The position numbers and the translations under genes were made by a program. Below, piece by piece: positions 1 to 14,257 of a stretch of DNA of 64,000 nucleotides. Numbering within the stretch: the stretch's first letter is position 1; each line of letters begins with the position of its first letter. Source of the stretch: Marsupella aquatica (taxonomy: Eukaryota; Plantae; Marchantiophyta); assembly GCA_973895155.1 (NCBI GenBank), contig OZ316894.1:25480709-25544708 (forward strand). Reading direction: 5' to 3'. The notes under the pieces were generated by a model. The model searched no databases and was not told where the DNA came from. It was given only the letters and a program-made list of their open reading frames with translations.

Positions 1-3000
1 GAGCAATTTCAGCTAATGAGGGTCAGTGTTGTTGATTCACTAAGCTCATGATATTTGCCAATTATATCCCGTCAAAAATGCACGAATTGAAAACCATAAA
101 TGTGCTTAGTTTGTGTTGGTTAGCAAGCTGTAAGTAGTGCTAATATGATGATATCTTGTTTTACAAAATACAGAATGCAATGAAGGTTGTCCAAATCAGC
201 CAAGCCGACCAAGAGAACGCATTTTCAATGCTTGCCGCCGTACTATGGATTGGCAATATCAACTTTTCCGTTGTGGACAATGACAGCCATGTGACTATCG
301 ATGACAAAGAGGGTGAGTGTCATTTTTTCCCTTACTACTTACAATTAACAGATTGGACGAAAATCGAGCTGGCTGGATTTTACTGAAATCCATTACAGTG
401 TTGCAGAATGTCGACAAAAGTATGTATTGCCAGTAAGCTTGATTGATTGAATCGTGATTTATTTAGTTGATGACTTGTATATGGTTACCTTATACTTCCA
501 AGCTAGGAGTTGAGCCAGATGATTTGATTTGTGTGAGCAGCGGTAAAGCAAGCAGCAGCACTCCTGCATTGTAAGGTCGAGAAGCTTATAGCAGCCCTTT
601 CAGCCAGAAAAATGAGGGCTGGTAACGAAGATATTGTGCAAACTCTAACTGAGGCCCAGGTGAGACCTTTCTCATCTTGATGATTCGTGTAGTCCAGACC
701 GGAATACAATAAATGCAGAATGGATTCTCTCGTCTGCAATCTAGATCAGGCTTTTCTGGTCTTTACTCCACTGAAGCTTCAAATCTCGTGTACTAATTAG
801 ATCGGTGAATGACAGGCTCTGGATTCTCGAGATGCTTTGGCAAAAGCAATATATGCAAATTTGTTTGATTGGCTGGTGGATCGCATCAACAAATCGCTCG
901 AGGTTGGCAAGCGACGGACAGGGAGGTCGATCAGTATACTAGACATTTATGGCTTTGAGTCCTTTACAGTAAGTGTCTTAATTACTTTTCTCGGAAACCT
1001 GAGCACAATTTTTGACTGAATTTCCTGGAGTTAAGATTTTGCTAAGACTTGATTTTGAGCATCAACACTCATCAGCAATGTGGCTTGTATTTTGCCAGAA
1101 AAATAGCTTTGAACAGCTGTGCATTAATTATGCAAATGAAAGGTTGCAGCAGCACTTCAACCGTCATTTGTTCAAGCTTGAACAGGAGGTAATGCGACTA
1201 GGACTGGCGTCCTCATGCTATCCTAGCAATTCTACTGCTCGGTTCTACAACATTGTATAGTTTTACTAAAAATGAAAGGCCGAACCTTGAAGTTAGACTG
1301 TATGTGTCCGGACGCAGGAGTACACATCAGAGAACATTGACTGGACGAGAGTAGACTTTGAAGACAATCAGGATTGCCTCGACCTTATTGAGAAGGTGAG
1401 AGAAACTATTGACGCGGACACTTTGCGTCCAGGTTACTATGTGAAGGGAATTTGTGACGGAATGTTCTCCTATAGCGCATACTGTCCTAGGTCCTTGGGC
1501 CTGGCAAGACCGAGAAGGTTCACGTTTCTTTTACATTTATGGTTGTATATTTCAGAATTCGCCTCTGCTGATCGCTTTCTTCGCGATCTTTCCGTCAGGT
1601 TGAATATTATTTTCGTGTCCGTATTTCAATTGTAATGCTAGCGCATGTGACGTGACATACCAAGTGGACCAATCTAATTAAAGCATTGTGCTTTGATTGT
1701 TGCAGAAACCTCTTGGCCTGATATCCCTGCTTGATGAAGAGTGTACCTTCCCTAAGGCATCCAATATCACTCTCGCCAACAAATTGAAAGAGCATTTGAA
1801 AGGAAACGCTTGTTTCAAAGGCGAACGTAGCAAGGCTTTTCGCATATGTCACTATGCTGGCGAGGTGGGTACAAAGGCTTATTATTATCACAAGAATAGC
1901 ATTTAGAAGAGTTGGCATTACAGATTTCTCAGGGAAGCAGAACTGTTAATGATTTCGAAATACTACTGTCCTTATCGATAAACACAGATACGTTGAATCT
2001 TCTCAATCTTGCTGAGGAAGATCACAAAAATATATGGATTACAGAATGTGAAGGTGCTCTAAGAACCCTTCGGCTTACGTTTAGAGCTAGACCTTTGAAG
2101 GTTCTTAATCAGGCCTCGCAACGGGATGCAGGTTGTTTATGACACTGATAGCTTTTTGGAGAAGAATCGAGACCTATTGCATGGTGATCTAGTAAAGCTA
2201 TTAGCATCATGCAATGCCACGTTACCCAAGCTATTCGCCGGGGTCATTGGAGATAATGTTCAGAGGTTGTTGAGCCCTAACCGCAAAGCAAATGGCACCG
2301 AGTCCCAGACTCAATCGCAGAAGCAGAGCGTGGCTACGAAATTTAAGGTAACTGCTTCAATTGGAAATCATACCTTGGAAAGTCATATCGTACTGATTTG
2401 TTGGGAGCCTCATAATTGGCAATGTTTGTATTTCAGGGGCAATTATTCAAGCTGATGCAAAGGCTAGAAGTTACGGAGCCTCATTTTATTCGCTGCATCA
2501 AACCAAACAGTTTGCAACTGCCCAGTATATATGAGCAAGAGCTCGTCTTGCAGCAGCTGCGGTGTTGTGGGGTGTTGGAGGTTGTGCGAATATCTCGCTC
2601 CGGTTATCCCACACGCCATCTCTTCCAGCAATTTGCAGACAGGTCGGTTAATAATTCCCCTCCTCGATGGAGTCGCATCAAGGCTTTTAGAATGCATCGA
2701 GTAGTATTCGTTCAGATTCTACAGAATACACTGAATTTTAGTTCTTGTGCTGCAGATATGCGTTCTTAGTCCCGAAGCCCCTCGTAGGCCAGCTGGATCC
2801 ATTTAATATCTGCTTGGAAATCTTGAATCAATTTGGGATACCTCAAGAGATGTATCAAGTTGGCAGCACCAAGCTTTTCTTTCGTGCTGGACAGGTAATA
2901 GGAAACGTTTCCAGAAGTGTTATCAGTAGGTTATGAGATCGAAATAGTTCACTGTTCGTTACTATGGTCTCCAGTTTTCCGGAGCAATGGCCTTAGTGAG

Positions 3001-5579
3001 ACAGAGTGAAAGTCTCGGGCACTATTCTGGTTGCAATTGCCTTGTAAGTCTAAACAATTCATACTTATGCTCAGCGTATGAGGCAAGAAGTGTCTTGCTC
3101 TTTATTCCTTTGCCTGCGATCATTGACTAAGAATAATTTTCTGTCATGCAGATCGGTCAGTTAGAAGACCTGAGGATCCAAACACTTGAAGGGGTCGTTG
3201 GTATGCAGAAACTATATAGAGGCTACAAGGTTCGCTCATATTACAAGAAATTAAGGACAGTTGCGATATTCTTGCAGTCCAGTAAGTATTCCAGGCTCTT
3301 TCGGATGCTTACAACCTCGTGATGTAAAGTTATAGTCAACTCAGGATGTTGGGTGTATCAATATTCTAAAGACTTGTGGATATGAAAACGTGGGCTGGCA
3401 AACGAGTAGTAACTTTTCGGATATGTCACTGTTCTTTCAAAGGATGCTATTTAGAACGTTATGAGTCGATGACCTGGACTTCACAATTGTAACTTTTTAA
3501 TTTTGTATTATAACTAATATCGTACTATATTGACATCTTCAGTGATAAGAGGAGTCAAGGCAAGGCGAGAATACCGGATTCTCAGAGAGAGGCACTATGC
3601 TGCAATCAACATACAGAAGCATGCACGGCGCCACGCTGAACATGTCAGATACAGAATTACTCTAAGGAGCATCGTGCTAGCCCAGTCAGGTCAGAAACGT
3701 GCACCACATTTCCGAGCTACAGTAATCGTCAATGTGTAGTGTAAAGTTCAGAATGTACGTACAATGACTTTCCACATGTTCGTATGATTGCATTGTGGAA
3801 ATTAGTATGTTTTTATACTCTACCACCGGGCCCGTGTCTTTACGTTTAAGCAAAGCCTTGCGATTAGAACTGGCATGTGGAGTCATTGTCCTTTCCATAG
3901 CACTGCACTTTAATGTAGGAAATCCTCTCAATTGAATGAATTGATATTAATCTATATAGATCTTTACTGCAGTAGTCTTGGCGCTTCAATGGTATTTCTT
4001 TCAGATCAGGAGCCTGGAAGTAGCATTCCAGGAAAATGAAGTGAAAGTCAGCTTGATACCACAATATTTGCTGCGTGGGCAAGGGACTACTGAGCCAAAT
4101 TGTACATAATGACCATGAATTTGATGATGAATGTGATCAAATTATTCAATGCGCTCACAATAGGACTGCATTTGCACGTGCACGATTGAATTTTATCCAA
4201 ATCTAGGTGTCACGTGGCAGTGACCAACAATAACGTTCTTTTTGCATAACAGCTGTCCGGAGATGGTCTGCCAAGAAGGTTCTAAGGAGCTATCAAGAAA
4301 TAAGAGCCGAAGAGGTGAGGATTGCAGAAGAGGAAGCCGCCCAAAAAGCAGCAGCTGCTGTTGCTTCGCAGTTAGCTTCAAAAGAAGCCAGAAGCAGGAA
4401 CGCACTGGTTTCTGCCCACGATGAAAGTGTAAGTCACAAAGGATCTTCGCTTTGGACGGAAATTTAGACAGGAGAAGAGAACGGCCCTCTTTTATTTTAA
4501 TAACTGCACAGCTCAAACTTCCTGCTGTACAATCTGGGTCCATCAAACTGGTTGTAGGTAGAGTGAGATGTCTTTGGTCCTAGTCTGAGGGTTGGACCAT
4601 TCTTTTTTGAGTGTCCTTGTATTTTCTTGAACCATATGCTTGTTAAAATTGAGATGTGTTCCTCGTACCGGTTGTTCTACAAGGGATAGCTGTCTAGGCA
4701 GTTAAGAGGAAATTTGATGGTATTCAAGTGTGGTTGTTCTTCAGCGTTTGTTCTCTTGGCTTGAAAAACTAAAAGTATGCTTGATAAGCTGAACACTAGA
4801 GGCTTGGACTGTTACAGGATCCTGAAGGAGAAGCAACAATTAGGATCCAGCCCTCAGTATTACTGGAGCTACAGAAACGAGCACTTGCTGCGGAAAAGTC
4901 TTTACGAGAGAAAGAAGAGGACAATGTACTCCTGAAGCACCGTCTGCAACAGTTTGAGGCTAGGTGGCTAGAGCACCAAGCAAAAATGGAATCGATGGAG
5001 GAAATGTGGCAGAAACAGATGACTTCTTTGCAATTGAAACTGGCTGTTGCAAAGAAAAGTCTTGCCAATGAAGAACCAGCAGTTCTTCAAACTCACCAAG
5101 ATGAGAGCCTGAATCTGCGAATCAGCGTTTCTAGACACCGTGCGACTCGGCATATACTACCTCATGAAGAAGAAGACTTTGAATGGGATGATTCCACCAC
5201 CTTGGGAACAAAGTCCCCAGAGATGAGTGTCACTCCGAGGAAATATCCCCCTCATGCGCCTTCAGATTACCCTCACCACAATAGAGGGGAATTGGATGCA
5301 GGTAGATCACTAGTAGGGCATTTGGTTAAGGAGTTTGACCAGCGAACCCAGGTATTCAACGATGATTCTGATTTCTTAGTGGAAGTGAAGTCAGGTCAGA
5401 CGGAGGCGAATTTAAATCCTGACGAGGAACTGCGAAAGCTGAAACTACGGTTCGATATATGGAAGAAGGACTTCAAGGTAAGGCTTAGGGAGACAAAGAC
5501 AGTTCTCCAGAAGCTTGGAAACATGGATCCCGTGGAGAAAAATAAGAAAAAATGGTGGAGTAAGAGGACTAACCTTTAA
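1..5579 (+). CDS. MYO8: Class VIII myosin, 5'-truncated by the window edge (motor C-terminal half, 4 IQ motifs, coiled coil, class VIII tail). Exons: <1-21, 174-312, 541-659, 816-968, 1099-1188, 1318-1395, 1706-1864, 2132-2347, 2437-2642, 2756-2894, 3152-3281, 3543-3689, 4253-4428, 4818-5579
   Basis: Motor motifs [64 protein letters not shown] and [11 protein letters not shown] motifs include [11 protein letters not shown] and LQSMIRGVKAR. The tail [13 protein letters not shown]...[14 protein letters not shown]...ELRKLK...[13 protein letters not shown]...KKWW is typical of plant myosin VIII. All listed introns are GT..AG and keep frame. Confidence 0.96.
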
Positions 5580-6553
5580 ACAAACTGATCCTTCCGCCTT
5601 TTTTTAATCCTAGTATTCTCGTTATATTGCCGAAGCCCTTGATCGATTTCCTTTTCTGGGATCTCTTTTTACTACTATCGAAGGTAGCTTCTGCCTGTCT
5701 AGTGTAAATTCAACGTGCCTCATTGAGGGAAGCACTAGTCGTAGGCACGTCGTCAAGTGACCGGCAATGTCGACGACCTGGGTGATTGATTACACCCTGA
5801 TTTCTGTGAAAGTAGTTGACCATTCATTTGTAGAGTTGACAAATATTTAGATCATCAATCCTGACGGATAATGTACCAAATTGCCTTCAATTACTGTATA
5901 CTTATGCTCTTCGGCATCCGACTTTAGTGCCAGACTTGCTCAGTCAGCCTTGAAGACTCGCCCGGAAGACTCTCAGTCACCCGTAAATCAAATCAGTTAC
6001 GGGACTGATTCTGCATGCTTGTGTGTCAAGCGCCGTAAAGTCGTGCACCAAAGGTGTCGACTACTGAATCATTTCACCTTACTCAGAGGACAGAGTCTGC
6101 CTCTCATATGTATGACAAAATCAGATTCTCTTTCTATAAACCAGATTTTTTATCGAAAAGACATTGAGTACGATGGTTTGAGCATTTCTGGTCTTAGTCG
6201 AAATCCGTCGGCTATATTGTTTTTGTCCCCAACTTTTGGGAGAAGCTGTTCGTAGACGGTAGAGTTACTATGTGGCTGCTAGCCTTGTTATTGCTGCACA
6301 CGCTGGGCCTGGTGATGTGCATCAAGCCCTGCTTGGTAAGGCCTTTTGTTGCCATGTATACCTGAGCCGTTAATGTGTTCTGCTTTGACGTTTTAAATTG
6401 GCAGCCCTCCAACCAATCAAATTCTCTGCAGTCCATTGTGGTGGTACCTTCAGTCAAAAGTAATACAATCCCAGCAGTGGTGACTGATAAGTAGAAGGAT
6501 GAGCAGATTTTTACATTCGTAAGCTTCATTAAACTAAATGTCATGCTCTTATA

Positions 6554-6737
6554 AAGAGAGATATGCTTAGTAGACCCCTTTCTGGAAAAAGTTTGCTTAA
6601 TCAACCGCCTCATACTTTTCCCCAATCTGGACCGTTGATGGATCTTTCAATCTCAGATCTGGATCGTTGATAGACCTCAGGGGGTCAATCAAGTGACAAG
6701 TTTCATTTTGGGGGTCCATCAAACAAATATCTCTCTT
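6554..6737. mobile_element. Degenerate short inverted-repeat element (MITE-like)
   Basis: AGAGAGATAT...TAGACCCC at the left is imperfectly inverse-complementary to GGGGTCCATC...ATATCTCTCT at the right over about 55 bp. TA-rich flanks. Confidence 0.45.
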
Positions 6738-8082
6738 ATAAATTCAACTTTGAGTTCAAGGAAACACCCCACATGGTAGAGTGCATCAAAGTATGAAGTT
6801 GTTAGGACTTTGACTAGTCCAATTGGTGTGCAGTGCTGCGGGTGTTAGGTAAATGTTGAGATGAGGATAAGAATAAATTCAACTTTGAGTTCAAGGAAAC
6901 CCCACATGGTAGAGTGCATCAAAGTATGAAGTTGTTAGGACTTTGACTACCGTCTTCCCCCGAACACAAGGCCTGGGCGCTATATTCAAATAGTGAGCCA
7001 AGGGGCGCTCTATTCGAATATAACGCCCAGGGCGCTGTGTTCGAGTTTGAAGTCAATGTTTTCATTTTCTGGACTTGTGGCGCTGTGTTTGAAATGTGAC
7101 GTTGTGTTCAAAATGTGGCGTTGTGCTCAAATTTAGGGTAATGTGCTTGAATTCTGTCATTGTGAGTTGCATGTAGGGTGTAAGTAGGAATGATAGGTAT
7201 AGAAGTTATGTCTATTAGAGAGGAGTGTGTTCAAGTTTAGGTTTTTTGACTTCCCAACAATATTTGCTCAGGTCAAAGGATGTGTAGCTAAATAATTGAA
7301 TTGCTTACATTACACAATGGGAGAAATCAAATTTGCAATAGAAAACAAAACCTGACAAACCATAGGTACCAAGTGTACTAATTATTATCACTTAGTAAAA
7401 CATATTCGTCCACTTTTCATTGTTGTTTGGTTTACTGTGGGCAATTTGCTCATTTTTATTATTTAATATTTCTTCATGCAGTCTGGAATGTTTGTGAGAC
7501 TGCTTTGTTTCTATTGGAGTGCCTCGATCTTGAGGGCAATGGAAAATTGGAAATAGAGAAAGTGAGTTGTCAGACCTAATTATGCATGTAGGCACTATGG
7601 GTTTCTTTGGCGAGACGCCGTGGAGTCAGTCAGAGGTTGATGTGAAAGTTTGCTGAAAGTTCACACAGTTGAAGAATATATTGATACTTCCAGATTGCTG
7701 CTTAACATTTTGGAAACGGCGCACGCTTCTCCGAGAATGAAGGATTTTGAAATTAGCTTACATTTCTCAAAGGACGATGGATTTTGTAAGTTGAAAGAGC
7801 GGATGTGTCGGACGATTTTAAGTAATGTATTGTAGTTGCAACCCGGTTCCCTTTCTCCTATAGTCACTTGTGCACATTTTCCAACACAAAGTCAGTTTCA
7901 AACACAGCGCCCGGGCACTGTGTTAATATGGTGTTGTGTTTGAGTCAAAACATCTTTTTTGTCTAAAGTCCCTGTTTTGACCATATTCAAACACAGCGCC
8001 CAGGTGCTGTGTTCGGGGGAAGACAGTAGTCCAATTGGTGTGCAGTGCGGGTGTTAGGTAAATGTTGAGATGAGGATAAGAA
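6738..8082 (+). repeat. 135-bp tandem duplication; the second copy is split by the Tc1/mariner-type element
   Basis: Copy 1 is 6738-6872. Copy 2 is 6873-6949 and resumes at 8029 (GTCCAATTGGTGTGCAGTGC...GAGGATAAGA). Confidence 0.9.
6950..8026 (+). mobile_element. Non-autonomous Tc1/mariner-superfamily DNA transposon (pogo/Tc2-like TIR)
   Basis: TIRs CCGTCTTCCCCCGAACAC / GTGTTCGGGGGAAGACAG. TA duplicated at 6948-49 and 8027-28. The empty site GACTAGTCC is preserved in the adjacent duplicate copy. Subterminal CAGCGCCC/GGGCGCTG repeats. No transposase ORF. Confidence 0.92.
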
Positions 8083-9991
8083 GTGCAAGGACGTTGAGAT
8101 GAAGATAAGATGTTATCATTTTGGTCATGTCATCTGTGCATTACTGTTATGATTGTGAAGTGGTGTTGTTTGGGTGGGTAGAATTTGGTTGAAATTGTTG
8201 TTGCTAAAGTGGTGTTGCTAGGGAGGGTGAGGGTGAGGGAGCGCACGGCCGGTGACACCTGTTGGCATAACGGGATCTTGGTGTGATGGTGCTGCTCTAC
8301 TTAGAGGGAGAACATATTTATTTTCCTTCCCCCATGTCCTTTCTGTCTCTATTTTTGCTCTCCCTTCCTCTGGGATACAAACGTACCCAATCATCAGGTG
8401 GATGGGCCATTTCAGGTGCACTCAAGGAGCCACACAAGTAATTTGATATTCTCTCAGGTCTGCTCTCGTGCCATCAAGATTGTGGAATTGACTCACATTA
8501 TAGAGGTCTCTTCCCCTTCCTTGAGTGTAGTGTTCCAGACCATTTGAGTGAGGCTTTTGAGAGAGCATTTGAACAATTCTATGTTGACTTTGCAATATAC
8601 AGACAGGTAATTGGTACCGATCAAACACACGATCTTATCTGACACGATACACATGTATGTCAAGCCAAATGCAATTTGAACTTCAAAGAATCCATGTCCA
8701 TATACACACAACCTGGTCAGCCCACCATAGCCACCAAAGCTTGCACTCAAAAGGCTCAATATCAAAAAATTGTCTTTCAAGCCCTTCCAAGGGGATAGCT
8801 ATCCTTCATAAACACAAAATGAATGCTAATTGCTCGTACAGCACACATACAAAACCTACTAGATAGTATGATGCGCTATACTATCACCCATTATGGTGTA
8901 ACAAAGCAGACCCTATCAAGGGAGTACTTACCAGAGAACTGAGTTGTATCCAAGCCCACAAAAGACCTTTACTTATTCACACGTGATGGGTCAGAAGAGA
9001 GGACCAAAAACAGACCATTGCATTGGCGAAATCTCTCAATATCACACCACTAGCATATTACCCATGCATTGCACAAATATCTTTGCGATTGTGTTGTAGT
9101 TGTGGCCGGGTTGTCTTTGCGACCACATGGTTGTGGTTGTGGAAGTCTTGTTGTTTTGGCTTGGGGGTTGTTGCTGTGGAAATTTTGTCATCTTTTTCAA
9201 TCTTGCTGTTGCAAAAGTAAAGTGATTCTGGTCATATTTCCCCACTAGTTGCAAAATATTGTTATTGTTGGAGAGACAGTGTTCTTGGCACAAAAAAATG
9301 TACTCCTTTTCTCTCCCCTCCCCTCGTTTATTAGTTTGAATGTTTTCTTACAATGTTTTAATGGGTAATGGAGGTGCAGGGCAGTGGAGGGTGCGGAGGA
9401 AGGCGGAGGGCACGCAAGATGGCAAGGGTGAGCAAGGGCACATGAGGCACAAAACGGAATATAAGGTTGTTTGGGTGGATCCAACGGTGCAGAAAATTCA
9501 CATCGAACACCTAATATTGCTTATCCCCAGAATGCATTTTGGAAACAGACCATGTGAAAAAGAGTGGGATTCTTTATGATAGTGTTTAGATAGAGAAATA
9601 AAGGGTTTCATTTTGATAGAACAGACTAACCTTTTAGAGACTAACCTTTTAGAAATTGAACCCTACACTATCCTTTCTATCGCACAAACAGCAAAAATTC
9701 ATTCCATGAGACCAAAGTAAGTGATGGAGTCTGAAGGTGACGACATTTCTCCCTAGTGGCATTGGTGAATAATATATATATATATATATAAAAGGGGCTT
9801 ACATTCGGTGTCAAGGAGTACATCTATGCAGAGAAGACTCGGCTCCCGGTGCAGACGATCATATTCTGTGCTGCTTTCTTGACTGAAATTTAGTTTGTAG
9901 TGGAGAATTTCATTAGCTTTGCATGTCATGATCGAGCGCAATTGAGTTCGTAGGGAAGAGGGTTCGCTCTCAGCGAGGGAGCGAGGAAGCG

Positions 9992-11502
9992 ATGGCAGTG
10001 CAGGCAGCAGCGGGAGGGACTGGGACTGGAGGAGGACCACCCACAAACATGCGATGTATGTACATGTTTAACCGAAAAGGGGTTTGCGTACACTACCATG
10101 TGTGGCTGCGGCCGCTGAGCAATCTTAGCAGGCAGGAGGATCAGAAACTCATGTTCGGACTTCTTTTCTCTCTGAAATCCTTCACTGCCAAAATGGATCC
10201 CGTCGGGTAGGTCACTCGCAACCCTAAACCGCTCTCCTCTCTGGTCCTATTGTCTTTCCTTTTGCTGGTACTCTTAATTCTTGTACGTCATGGAGACAGC
10301 AAATTTGTGTCGTCCGTGAGGTTTGTCAAGTGACCACGTTGTCAAGCAGTTCTTCTCTTCCATTCTTTGAATCATTATTTCGTTCTCTCTATCGATCTCG
10401 GAATTGGGCAATGCTGGTTCTCATGGCTGGATTAGAGTTCAGCGGGTTTCTGGGACCTTTGAGCTGTAAACTCATGCACTCATTGATGTTTTCTGTTCCA
10501 CCAATTGCTGTCTCTCCTGGGCGTTGGGTGAACTGATTGTAAGCCAATGCAGTCCGATAAGTAGTTTACTTTCATTCTTGAAGCTCCCTGAATTTGACGT
10601 AAGTGGCATTGTTCGCTGTGCAGTGGTAGCAAGGGGCAGCTAGGGGCTATGGTGATGCATGGCCAGGGTTGTTCCTTTCATAGCTTTCGGACGAATACCT
10701 ACAAGCTGAGCTTCATGGAAACACCCACTGGAATTAAGGTAAGTCGGCAGTGTCTCATTTGCTTCGCAATGACGTACCTTGTCTGGCTTACATCTAGTAG
10801 ACTTTGCGCGTGTTCAATGAGCTTCGATTTTCTGAACTCTGCAATTGACTGGCCTTCTGTTGCTGCACTGTTATTCGTGCAGATTGTCCTCTTGACAGAT
10901 CCAAGGATGGGTGATCTTTCTGAAGCCTTGAAATATATATACAGCAACATTTATGTTGAGTATGTGGTGAAGAATCCTTTGTATACACCGGACAAGCCTT
11001 TCAAGTAAGTAGCTAATATTTTATTTCTCACCTCGGACTTTTTTTGTACATGTCACATCAGGCGGCAATTCAAAAAGGAAGCTCCACAAAGTTTCTATGT
11101 TTGACATTTTTTTTGTGATATAATTGTTGACTTGGAAGGTTAAATTTTGGGCTCCTACAGTAGATCCCTCCACATTTCTAAGGAATAAGCCTGAACATAA
11201 TTGAAGTGCGTCATGATGGATAAAACAGTTTGCACTCGAGTCACTGGCACTTTGCAAATCCGTTCGTAATGAAAAGTTAGATAGCTTGCCCAGTAAAGAT
11301 TATTCGACAACAGAAATCAACCGACTTTGATGGGGCAGGCAAGGTTAATCAAGGCGTCAATTCTCTCGTTTTCTTGCAAGAATCTTACCGTTCATTATTT
11401 GTTAGTCTAATCCGTTTATTTGATAGCAGTTTTGTGGGGCTTGTTTGCAGATTTGAACTCTTCAATTCTGCTCTGGATGGATATGTAAAGACCTTGAGTT
11501 AA
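9992..11502 (+). CDS. BET5: TRAPP complex subunit 1 (BET5/TRAPPC1, sybindin-like). Exons 9992-10206, 10624-10738, 10883-11004, 11451-11502
   Basis: MYMFNRKGVC..W.RP....QEDQKLMFGLLFSLKSFTAKMDP, FHSFRTNTYKLSFMETPTGIKIVLLTDP, YVEYVVKNPLY and FELFNSALDGYVKTLS*. GT..AG introns keep frame. Confidence 0.95.
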
Positions 11503-12874
11503 TGAAAGAGGCCGGGCATTTCCCAGAAACATGCTATTAAGGGCAACTGTGTATGCAGCCAAAGTCAAAACTCTCTGGAGTTTTTCAACAGATTCACGGT
11601 TTCCATCATGTTCCGCTCTTAATTGATCGAACTTTCGTGAGCTTTAGATGATTGCCGTAGAATTTTGAGAGCCTCCCAGTGAATTACGAGCCTGTACAAC
11701 TATTCCAGGACAGCCCTTCGATAATCTTGTCAAACAGCAAATCCCTGTTTTGGCGTGCTGGTTAAATTTCGAAAAAGTCAATATTAATGATCCTGCTGAA
11801 GACCGCAGTCCAAGGATGGGGTTTCCTGAAGCTGGTATGGCGAGCAACAGGTCAATTGTCACGTGGTTGCCAGAATCCAATATTTTCCAATGCCACTGTA
11901 CAAGGTCGAGCAAATAAAGTAGTGAGAGAGAATTGTTCAAATGTAGAACCTAAGGCTGTCCCTCGTGTTTGTTCTTGGCACCCTGTTAATGAGAACCTGT
12001 CTTGCCCCTTTCTTGCAGAACCAACGTTCTGTTTCTTAGCAGCTTTCTTGTGGGTGGGAGGACCAGGTTTTAGTTAAAAACTTGGCTAGATCAGTCCTGA
12101 ACTAGTTCCGCGGAAATCTAATTTATGAATCGGCTCCTTTCCTAGAACATCGCGTTCAGCAAGGAATCCAAATGTTACCAAAGATTTTCCGCCTACTGCT
12201 CCTCATGGACTGGGTTCAGCTCATAGGGTCGAGATTTTGATGTACCATTCCAGAGTACAGTTCGCGAGTGGTGGCCGTAAAATCAGTTTCTTTCGGTGTT
12301 TCACTGTTGTTTTGCAAAACCTTGGATGCATTTGCTTTGTACATCTTGAAAATTATTGTTTCGAGAGTAGACTACGGTCTGAATAGGAGCATGGATGTAG
12401 GGATACAGGATCACAACCCATACTGCACAAACTGAACTTTTAAAGCTCTGGCTGATTTCTTTGGCTTTACGGGGTTTAGGAGTGGGAAGTTTTACTCCCT
12501 TGGACCCCCGTTTGTTTGATTAACGAGTATCAGCCCCAGCCCTCTTCAAAGAGTGTTTTTTCCTTGGCCTTGAGTGAAGCACTCGTGTTACTCTCCCTGT
12601 TAGTTAAATTCTTGTTCCTTTTCCCTCTTGGCCAATGTGTTTGGTCTTGGTGTGGTTCTTGGCCTTCGTTCCGTTTTGGTTCCCGCCTGTTATTCCCTGA
12701 TTTTATTGGGTTGTACATTTCTTACAACTAAATTGCTCCATTCAAGACGAAGGGGAAAGGGGAAAAAACTCCTGTTGAAACGATATAAAGGAACTCTCCG
12801 GGTAGCCGAGCTAATTTACTCTTGTGACCCTAAGGTTCAGCTTTCTAGTTTGTGTATTAATTCGAAGCTGGCTG

Positions 12875-13373
12875 TTCCCTTTCATTACGTCGCAGGTACA
12901 AAGTCAGAAGAAAGTGTTGGTTGGTTGTGTTAGATGAGGTTGATATGTGCAGCTGCTGTACATATTCGCTGGTACTGTACTATCCACAGCCCAAATCTTG
13001 CCTACTCATATGCTGCCGTTATTTCGTTATTGTAAGTGATGTGAAATCTTACTCTTAGATGGGGTCGAGTTTTTGCTCTTAATGGGAGAGAACCTAATCT
13101 TACCACTCAAAACAGGATCTAGATTTCCCTTTCATTACGTCGCAGGTACAAAGTCAGAAGAAAGTGTTGGTTGGTTGTGTTAGATGAGGTTGATATGTGC
13201 AGCTGCTGTACATATTCGCTGGTACTGTACTATCCACAGCCCAAATCTTGCCTACTCATATGCTGCCGTTATTTCGTTATTGTAAGTGATGTGAAATCTT
13301 ACTCTTAGATGGGGTCGAGTTTTTGCTCTTAATGGGAGAGAACCTAATCTTACCACTCAAAACAGGATCTAGA
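12875..13373 (+). repeat. Exact 250-bp tandem duplication (2 copies)
   Basis: CGCAGGTACAAAGTCAG... occurs at 12891 and 13141. The copies look identical by eye. Confidence 0.95.
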
Positions 13374-14257
13374 TAGCCATTATTGGCTGGTTTTCTAGGA
13401 ATACAGCCTTTTTGGTGTCAAAATGAAGGGTATGTTCTGGGGTAGGGTTTAATTAACTAAAATATGTATCCTGGTAGTTGCACATCAAAATAGGACATAT
13501 ATGACACTAGACTTCATTCCATACCATGATAAACTTCATTATTTTCTTTAATTTAATAAGTGCATATTATCTATTATCACATTTTGATGTGTGACTACTG
13601 GCAGGGCTAAAACATGAGGTGCCACACATTCAAGTAAGGTCTGTATAGAGTTGTTCATGGTGTACTGTTATTTCAATTCACTTTGCTTGAGTGAATATCA
13701 AAAAAATTGTATTTGGCCTAAACTGCACTGATCATAAATTAGTTTTGGGGCCTTCGTGTGCATATGTTTTGAGCATATCAAAATAACACTTACTCCCACA
13801 ATTTTACAGACTACCCTTGGCGGCTGTGTTAGGTAGGGCCAAAATGTAACAATGACATTTTGCTTCCACAAAATTACAGATTTTGTGGATTACCCCTGCC
13901 CAAGATATGTCATGGAAAGTTGTGTTATCATAAACCTATCTGAACAGTCATGCTTCATTTGATGAGATATTTATTAGAAATTCTTTTCCAAATCAGGTAT
14001 GATTTTTTCAGGATTGAGGAGGTTTACCGATAGGTTTAACGCAAGACAATAATCTTTGTAGGATGCTAAAGTTGTGTTATGAATGTCAGAGAAAATTTAC
14101 TTTTATCATACTAGATTGGTATCCTAAAGTTTGAGATGTCTTATGCTGACTTAGTGGAGCTAGGAGTGTACAAGAAGATAAATTTTTCTCTTTATTTTTA
14201 CTCAAATCTAGGATAGATTGTCATTTTTTTACTTTTTGACATGTAATAATTCTTAAA

